The position numbers were made by a program, and so were the translations under genes. Below are positions 42,887 to 48,135 of a stretch of 48,135 nucleotides of DNA, in pieces (position 1 is the first letter of the stretch; each line of letters starts with the position of its first letter). Under the pieces are notes generated by a model, which was given only the letters and a program-made list of their open reading frames with translations, ran no database searches and was not told the DNA's origin. This stretch comes from an uncultured Streptomyces sp. Lineage in GTDB: Bacteria; Pseudomonadota; Gammaproteobacteria; Burkholderiales; SG8-41. The stretch is taken from the NCBI GenBank assembly GCA_964510405.1, contig CAZEAX010000001.1, positions 1 to 48,135 on the forward strand, given 5' to 3'.

Positions 42887-43849
42887 ATGATTCGCTGTTG
42901 TTCCGCTTTGCTGGTTTGCGCGTCGCTCTCCGCTTCATTCGCCCACGCGCAAAACTATCCGGCCAAGCCGGTGCGCATACTCATGGGTTTCCCCGCGGGC
43001 AGCACCGTCGACGTGCTGGTGCGGCCGCTCGCGCAGCGCCTGACCGAAACGTTCGGCCAGCAATTCATCGTCGACAACCGCGCGGGCGCGACCGGCGTGA
43101 TCGCTTCCGAACTGGTGGCCAGGGCCGCGCCCGACGGCTATACGCTGCTCGGCACGCCGAGCTCCGCGATCACCAGCACGCCGCATCTGAATCGCATGCC
43201 CTTCGATCCGCTGCGCGATTTCGTGAGCGTCGCCCAGATCAACTGGTTTTCTTACGTATTGATCACCCACCCGTCGGTGCCCGCCAATAACGTGGCCGAG
43301 CTCATCGCGCTCGCAAAGGCGAAGCCCGGCGTGCTGACCTACGGTTCATCGGGCATCGGCAGCGCGTTTCATCTGGCGGGCGAGCTGTTCCGCCTGATGG
43401 CGAAGATCGACATCGTGCATGTGCCGTACAAGGGCGGTCCGCCCGCGGTCACCGACATGATGGGCGGACGACTCGATCTCATGTTTTATTCGCTCGCCGT
43501 CGTGCGCCAGCAGATCGACGCGGGCCGGCTGCGCGCGCTTGCCGTGACCGGCGATCGGCGTGATCCGTTGCTGCCCAATGTGCCGACGGTCGCCGAGTCC
43601 GGATTGCGCGGCTACGAAATGAGCGGCGGCCACGTGATACTCGCGCCGGCCGCAACGCCGCGCGATACGCTCGTCAAACTCAACGCGGCGATACTCAAAG
43701 CGCTGGCGACGCCGGAGATGAAGGAACTGTGGGCGCGGCAGGGCATGGAGATTTACCTGACGACGCTCGACCAGGCGGCGGCGCGCCTGCGCGGCGATTA
43801 CGAGCGCTATGGCAAGCTCATCAAAGATGCGGGCATCAAGGCTGAATAA
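42887..43849 (+). CDS. TctC/Bug-family substrate-binding protein
   Basis: Internal ATG 42887. Signal peptide, then AQNYPAKPVRILMGFPAGSTVD, DNRAGATGVIA, PDGYTLLG and HVPYKGGPPAV. Confidence 0.9.
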   Translation: MIRCCSALLVCASLSASFAHAQNYPAKPVRILMGFPAGSTVDVLVRPLAQRLTETFGQQFIVDNRAGATGVIASELVARAAPDGYTLLGTPSSAITSTPHLNRMPFDPLRDFVSVAQINWFSYVLITHPSVPANNVAELIALAKAKPGVLTYGSSGIGSAFHLAGELFRLMAKIDIVHVPYKGGPPAVTDMMGGRLDLMFYSLAVVRQQIDAGRLRALAVTGDRRDPLLPNVPTVAESGLRGYEMSGGHVILAPAATPRDTLVKLNAAILKALATPEMKELWARQGMEIYLTTLDQAAARLRGDYERYGKLIKDAGIKAE

Positions 43850-43867
43850 GAAAATAGAAGGATTGAC

Positions 43868-45028
43868 GTGACTCAACCGCAATACGAACACTGGTTCCAG
43901 TATTTCCCGAAAAGCTTCATGTGGTCGCAAGGGTTCATGTCGGCGATCGAGATGATCCCGTATGGCGCAGCGGCGATGGGCGAGATCGATCAGGTCGGCC
44001 AGCGCCTGAAAGGCCGCGAGGGCGACAACGAAGCGTGGTGCGACGAATGGTCGAAGATGGCGGAAAAAATGGAGCGGCGCGCGGCTGAAGCCGCCGCCGC
44101 CCATCATGGGCTGACCGCCGGCACTTACTATCTGCACGCCTGGACGTACTACGGTTACGGCGAGCGCTTCCTGCATCTGGGCGAGAAGAAAATCGCCGTC
44201 TACCAAAAAAGTCTCGCGTGCTTCAGCGAAGGCATCAAGCGCCGCTATCCGAACATCGAACGCGTCGAAGTGCCGTACGAGGGCAAGATGTTGCCCGCAT
44301 GGTTCATGAAAGCGAGTAATGCAAAAGGGCCGGCACCGACCGTGGTGTTCTTCAACGGGCTCGACGGCACCAAGGAAGTCGGCGTGCTTTATGGAGGTGT
44401 CGAACTGGCGGCGCGCGGCATCAATCTGCTCGCGGTCGACGGGCCAGGCCAGGGCGAAGCACTGCGGCTGAACGAAATTCCGAGCCGCTACGATTATGAG
44501 GTCGCCGGCACCGCTGCTTACGAGTGCGTGGCGGCGCGGCCCGACGTCGATCCGAAGCGCGTGGCGATCATGGGCATCAGCATGGGCGGCTACTACGCGC
44601 CGCGCGTCGCCGCATTCGAGAAACGCTATGCCGCGTGCGTTGCGTGGGGCGGCCACTTCGACTACCACGCGTCATGGATACGCCGGCGCAAGGAGATCGA
44701 GTCGGGCGGCACCAAGGTGTCGGCGCCGTACTTTCATTTGATGTGGGTGCTCGGCGTGCCGGACATGGACGCCGCAATGACGAAGTTGAAGCAATACAAT
44801 CTCGCCGGCGTCGCCGGGAAAATCACCTGCCCGTTCCTGGTGACGCACGGCGAGAACGACACCATCGTTCCCGCCGATTACGGCCGCCTGCTGTACGAAG
44901 CCGTGGGTTCGAAAAACAAGACCCTCAAGATTTTTACCGCCGATGAAGGCGGCAGCGAACACGTGCAGGGCGACAACCGCGTGCTCGGGTCTAATTACGT
45001 TGCGGATTGGCTCGCCGACAATCTTTAA
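43868..45028 (+). CDS. alpha/beta hydrolase, dihydroxypseudooxynicotine-hydrolase-like C-C hydrolase/dienelactone-hydrolase type
   Basis: GTG start, 386 aa. A helical N-terminal domain is followed by an alpha/beta core with nucleophile elbow MGISMGGYYA and late THGENDTIVP and SEH segments. Confidence 0.8.
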   Translation: MTQPQYEHWFQYFPKSFMWSQGFMSAIEMIPYGAAAMGEIDQVGQRLKGREGDNEAWCDEWSKMAEKMERRAAEAAAAHHGLTAGTYYLHAWTYYGYGERFLHLGEKKIAVYQKSLACFSEGIKRRYPNIERVEVPYEGKMLPAWFMKASNAKGPAPTVVFFNGLDGTKEVGVLYGGVELAARGINLLAVDGPGQGEALRLNEIPSRYDYEVAGTAAYECVAARPDVDPKRVAIMGISMGGYYAPRVAAFEKRYAACVAWGGHFDYHASWIRRRKEIESGGTKVSAPYFHLMWVLGVPDMDAAMTKLKQYNLAGVAGKITCPFLVTHGENDTIVPADYGRLLYEAVGSKNKTLKIFTADEGGSEHVQGDNRVLGSNYVADWLADNL

Positions 45029-45146
45029 CAATCGGCGGCGAGCCGAGTTTTTCACGGCGCTGCTTGGCGCCGCAGCGCGGACAAAACAAATCGCGGGCGC
45101 CAACCGGGAAGTTGCATTCGTGACAGCGCCGCAGCCGGCACGCCAT
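44991..45146 (-). CDS. possible 51-aa zinc-ribbon protein (below the ORF-track size cutoff)
   Basis: The - strand reads MACRLRRCHECNFPVGARDLFCPRCGAKQRREKLGSPPIVKDCRRANPQRN. CxxC-x10-CxxCGAK matches the zinc_ribbon_2-type pattern CxxCGxxxxxxxxFCxxCG. There is no obvious SD, and the 3' end overlaps the convergent hydrolase gene by 38 nt. Confidence 0.3.
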   Translation of the reverse strand: MACRLRRCHECNFPVGARDLFCPRCGAKQRREKLGSPPIVKDCRRANPQRN

Positions 45147-45155
45147 GGGATTGGA

Positions 45156-45206
45156 CTACGCCCCCATCCCTAGCCCTTCCCCCGCAAGCGGGGGAAGGGA
45201 ACGTAG
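45156..45206. repeat. REP-like extragenic palindrome between convergent hydrolase genes
   Basis: An 11-bp stem pairs CCCTTCCCCCG (45174..45184) with CGGGGGAAGGG (45189..45199), with loop CAAG. It is flanked by CTACG (45156..45160) and CGTAG (45202..45206). A related decayed copy lies at 14937..14972. Confidence 0.6.
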
Positions 45207-45239
45207 AGTGCGCCGTACGCTTCGCTGACAGCGCATTTG

Positions 45240-46415
45240 CTATAACTGGCGCACCAGTTTGTCTTCGAACCAGTTCCACATGTCGGCGACGACCAGCGTC
45301 AGGTAATCGCGCTGGCAGTGTTGCGAGCCGCCTTCTTCGGCCGTATAGACGCGGAACGTTTTGTCTTTCGACCCGCACGCATCGAACTGCTTCTGCGCGT
45401 CGGCGAGCGGGATCTGCTCGTCCTCCGCGCCATGCACGAGCAGGAACGGGCAGCGCATTTTCTGCATCACGCCGTCGAGCTTGAACGGTTCGAGCGTTTT
45501 CAATGCCGCATCGAGCGTATCGACGCCGAGGATCCACGTGATGTGGTGGCCGGGCACGGACAGCGACGTCTTGAACTGCGCGTCGATGCGCTTCTTCCAC
45601 GTCGCGTGGTAATCCCACTGCGCGCCCCACGCGATGCAGGCGGCGTAGCGCGGGTCCATCGCGGCGCAGCGCGGCGAGTAATAGCCGCCGAGGCTGATCG
45701 CGACGATGCCGACTTTTTTCGCGTCGACGTCGGCGCGCTTTTCGAGGAAGTCGAGGCACGCGCTGCCGGCGACTTCGTAGTCGTAGCGCAGGTAATGGCC
45801 GCGGAAGCGGATCGCCTCGCCGGTGCCCGGGCCGTCCATCACCAGCACGGAAATGCCGCGCTTGATGAGATCGGGCACGCCGCGCATGTACTGGATCTCT
45901 TTCGTCACGTCGAGGCCGTCGAAGAAGACGACGCAGGGCTTCTTCTCCGCGACCGTGTTCTGCGCGTGCACGAAATAGCCGGGCAGGCTGCCGTCCTTGA
46001 ACGGCACTTCGACGATGTCGATCTTGACGTCGGTGAGCTCGGCATGGCGGTGAAAGCATTCGACGCCGGTGCGAAACGCGTCGAGCGCCTTCTTGTCCTT
46101 GGGCGTGCGGAAGCGTTCCGCCATCTGGTAGTAGTTGCACGCGCGCAGGTAGGCGTGCGCGGCGGAAAAGCGGTGCTCGCCATGGTCGAATTTCTGCGCG
46201 TGGGCGCGCACGCCGTCGGCGACTTTCACGCAGGCGTCGAACCACGCTTCGTCGTCCTCGGGCGCCTTGCCCTTGAGCATCGTGCCGATCTTGTGCAGCT
46301 CGCCGATTTCGGAGCCGCCGTACGGCGCCGAACTGAGCATGTTGATGAAGCCGGCCGACCAGCGGTAGTTGCCGGGGAAGTACATGAAGTAGGGGGGATC
46401 TTTCTTTTCAGCCAT
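45240..46415 (-). CDS. alpha/beta hydrolase, paralog of 43868..45028
   Basis: Internal ATG 46415 (MAEKKDPPYFMYFPGNYRW...). The architecture is collinear with the neighbour: PYGG.EIGE, FF[ND]GLD.TKE, MDGPGTGEA, the elbow VAISLGGYYS, and VHGAEDEQIP. Confidence 0.82.
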   Translation of the reverse strand: MAEKKDPPYFMYFPGNYRWSAGFINMLSSAPYGGSEIGELHKIGTMLKGKAPEDDEAWFDACVKVADGVRAHAQKFDHGEHRFSAAHAYLRACNYYQMAERFRTPKDKKALDAFRTGVECFHRHAELTDVKIDIVEVPFKDGSLPGYFVHAQNTVAEKKPCVVFFDGLDVTKEIQYMRGVPDLIKRGISVLVMDGPGTGEAIRFRGHYLRYDYEVAGSACLDFLEKRADVDAKKVGIVAISLGGYYSPRCAAMDPRYAACIAWGAQWDYHATWKKRIDAQFKTSLSVPGHHITWILGVDTLDAALKTLEPFKLDGVMQKMRCPFLLVHGAEDEQIPLADAQKQFDACGSKDKTFRVYTAEEGGSQHCQRDYLTLVVADMWNWFEDKLVRQL

Positions 46416-46431
46416 GGTGTTCTTTCGTGGT

Positions 46432-46520
46432 GGGTGATGGGTACCGGGTGATGAGTGATGAGTGATGGGCAATGGGTGAAGGGTTATCCCATTGCTCATC
46501 GCCCATTACCCATTACCGGT
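46432..46520. repeat. heptanucleotide tandem-repeat array forming a long imperfect palindrome
   Basis: In 7-nt register the array reads GGGTGAT GGGTACC GGGTGAT GAGTGAT GAGTGAT GGGCAAT GGGTGAA GGGTTAT | CCCATTG CTCATCG CCCATTA CCCATTA CCGGT. The left arm (46443..46476) can pair with the right arm (46488..46520), with several G-U or A-C positions. Confidence 0.65.
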
Positions 46521-46524
46521 TTGT

Positions 46525-47538
46525 TCATTGCTCCCGAATATCCGCCGCTTTCGCGACCTTCGACCATTTCCGGGTCTCGGCGCGGATGAAGGCGGCATAT
46601 TCTTCCGGCGTGTCGCCGCCGGGCTCGTGGCCCTGGCCGATGAACATTTGCTGGTTCTCGGGCGTGGCGAGCTGCTTCGACAGGATTTCATGAATGCGCG
46701 CGGTGATGGCTTTCGGCGTCGCGGCGGGCGCCAGCACGCCGTTCCAGTTGTAGCTTTCGAAGCCGGGCATGCCCTGCTCGGCAATGGTCGGCAGATCGGG
46801 CAGAAGCGGCGTGCGCTTTTGCGACGTCGCGCCGAGCGCGCGCAATTTGCCCTGCTGCAGGAGCGGCGCGCAGCCGGCGAACTGGATGACGGCAAGCTCG
46901 ATGTGGCCGGCGATAAGATCGATCGTATAGAGCGCGGCGCCTTTGTACGGGATGTGATTGAGCTTCACGCCCGCCTGCGACGCGAACAATTCGGTCGCGA
47001 GATGGCCGACGGTGCCGACGCCGGGCGAGCCGTAGTTGATTTTTCCCGGGCGCGCCCTGGCGAACGCGATGAAATCCTTGACGCCTTTGACCGGCAGGCT
47101 CGGATGGATGCCGATGCAGCTGGCACTGCGCGCGATCAGCATGATGGGCGCCAGGTCGCGCAATGTGTCGTACGGCATTTGCGCGCGCACCGCCGCCGCG
47201 ATGGTCAGCGGCCCCGGGTTGCCGGCGAGCAGCGTGTAGCCGTCGGGCGCGGCCTTCACCACCATTTCGGTGCCGGGCACGCCGCCCGCGCCGCCGCGAT
47301 TGTCGATGATGAACGCCTGGCCGAGCGCCGCATTCAATTGCTGCCCGGCCCAGCGCGCCTGAATATCGGTGGGGCCACCCGGGGCGAACGGCACGATCAC
47401 GCGCACGGGCTTCGTGGGATACGTTTGCGCGAGCGCGTGCGCTGCGCAAATGCACAACGCGGCGAGCACGGACCAGCGGCAGATTGGAACTATCACGGAC
47501 TTCCTCCAGTGCGCGGATGCGGCGCGAACGGTCCGCAT
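46525..47538 (-). CDS. TctC/Bug-family substrate-binding protein
   Basis: AQTYPTKPVRVIVPFAPGGPTD, DNRGGAGGVPG, PDGYTLLA and HIPYKGAALYT. The start is uncertain; ATG 47538 gives a long signal region, and the ORF extends to 47580. Confidence 0.85.
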   Translation of the reverse strand: MRTVRAASAHWRKSVIVPICRWSVLAALCICAAHALAQTYPTKPVRVIVPFAPGGPTDIQARWAGQQLNAALGQAFIIDNRGGAGGVPGTEMVVKAAPDGYTLLAGNPGPLTIAAAVRAQMPYDTLRDLAPIMLIARSASCIGIHPSLPVKGVKDFIAFARARPGKINYGSPGVGTVGHLATELFASQAGVKLNHIPYKGAALYTIDLIAGHIELAVIQFAGCAPLLQQGKLRALGATSQKRTPLLPDLPTIAEQGMPGFESYNWNGVLAPAATPKAITARIHEILSKQLATPENQQMFIGQGHEPGGDTPEEYAAFIRAETRKWSKVAKAADIREQ

Positions 47539-47662
47539 GCGCACCTGGCGAAGATAGTGGAGTCGCGTGCGTGCTGTCAATCAATCCCTGCGCGCACTCT
47601 GGTAAACTTGCGGCTCGAAAATCGAGCCGTACGTCAAATTACCCATCCCGGAGAAGAGAGTC

Positions 47663-48135
47663 ATGGCAGTCAGCCGCAGGAAGGCCGCGAAGGCAAAGCA
47701 GTACTCGGACATTCTGTACGAAGTCAAAGACCAGGTCGCGTGGGTGACGATCAACCGGCCGCGCGTGCTGAACTCGTTTCGCGAGCAGACGCTCGATGAA
47801 ATGATCGACGCGCTGAAATCCACGCGCGAAGACCCGACGATCGTCTGCGCGGTCGTGACCGGTGCCGGCACCAAGTCCTTCTCCGCGGGCGGCGACTTCT
47901 TCGCGATGAAGCGGTTGAATTTCACCAACGCCTACATGTGGAACGACCGCATGCTGGGCCTCGCGATGACGATACGCGGCCTGCCGATCCCGGTGATCGC
48001 GATGGTCAACGGCTGGTGCATGGGCGGCGGCCACGAGTTGGCACTGTGGTGCGACGTGGTGATCGCCTCCGAAAACGCGGTGCTCGGCCAGACCGGCGCG
48101 AAAGTCGGCGCGTGCCCGACGGTGGGCGCGACGCA
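47663..48135 (+). CDS. enoyl-CoA hydratase/isomerase (crotonase) family protein, N-terminal part (continues past the window end)
   Basis: My own translation from ATG 47663 (GGAGAAGAG upstream) is MAVSRRKAAKAKQYSDILYEVKDQVAWVTINRPRVLNSF...VVTGAGTKSFSAGGDF...VIAMVNGWCMGGGHELALWCD. This is the crotonase oxyanion-hole signature. It is absent from the ORF track because there is no stop inside the window. Confidence 0.85.
   Translation, partial: MAVSRRKAAKAKQYSDILYEVKDQVAWVTINRPRVLNSFREQTLDEMIDALKSTREDPTIVCAVVTGAGTKSFSAGGDFFAMKRLNFTNAYMWNDRMLGLAMTIRGLPIPVIAMVNGWCMGGGHELALWCDVVIASENAVLGQTGAKVGACPTVGAT

Noticed and set aside
46432-46520. The heptamer array as a CRISPR array or a coding His-rich N-terminal extension (ORF 45240..46499 begins MSNGITLHPLPITHHSSPGTHHPP).
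   Set aside because: The 7-nt units have no spacers, so this is not CRISPR. The extension is encoded entirely by the repeat. The hydrolase paralog at 43868 starts at the position equivalent to ATG 46415.

Overview
Visibly GC-rich (GC not counted) bacterial chromosomal segment with about 50 protein genes, no rRNA or tRNA genes, no CRISPR array and no transposase. The gene content suggests a Burkholderiales-type betaproteobacterium; this is inference, since no database search was possible. Ten TctC/Bug-family periplasmic solute-binding proteins (one of them disrupted) are scattered among small catabolic gene clusters. These clusters include two hydantoinase/oxoprolinase A+B pairs, two ornithine cyclodeaminase-like genes, an OYE flavin reductase, a MetC-like lyase, a class-V aminotransferase and an arginase-fold enzyme. 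They also include an MmgE/PrpD protein, a PF06089-type asparaginase, three alpha/beta hydrolases, two MFS transporters, one AraC regulator and housekeeping-type genes (cspA, S41 protease, qor). The standout is a two-gene operon at 28341..29500. The ORF track splits it into four fragments, but each gene is interrupted only by a single in-frame TGA. One TGA sits at the first Cys of the WCxxC motif of an exported TlpA/ResA-like thioredoxin-fold protein. The other sits at the peroxidatic Cys of an exported BCP/peroxiredoxin-like protein. Each TGA is followed by a stem-loop. I interpret these as two adjacent exported selenocysteine proteins, possibly a periplasmic Sec-based peroxide-reduction relay. 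Other points of interest:
- a TctC gene split by a ~149-nt structured insertion
- a palindromic heptanucleotide repeat array
- REP-like extragenic palindromes
- an aroQ-like protein lacking the catalytic Tyr
- an arginase-fold protein with GGDG in place of GGDH
- an unannotated 51-aa zinc-ribbon ORF

All functional calls rest on motifs I recognise by eye.
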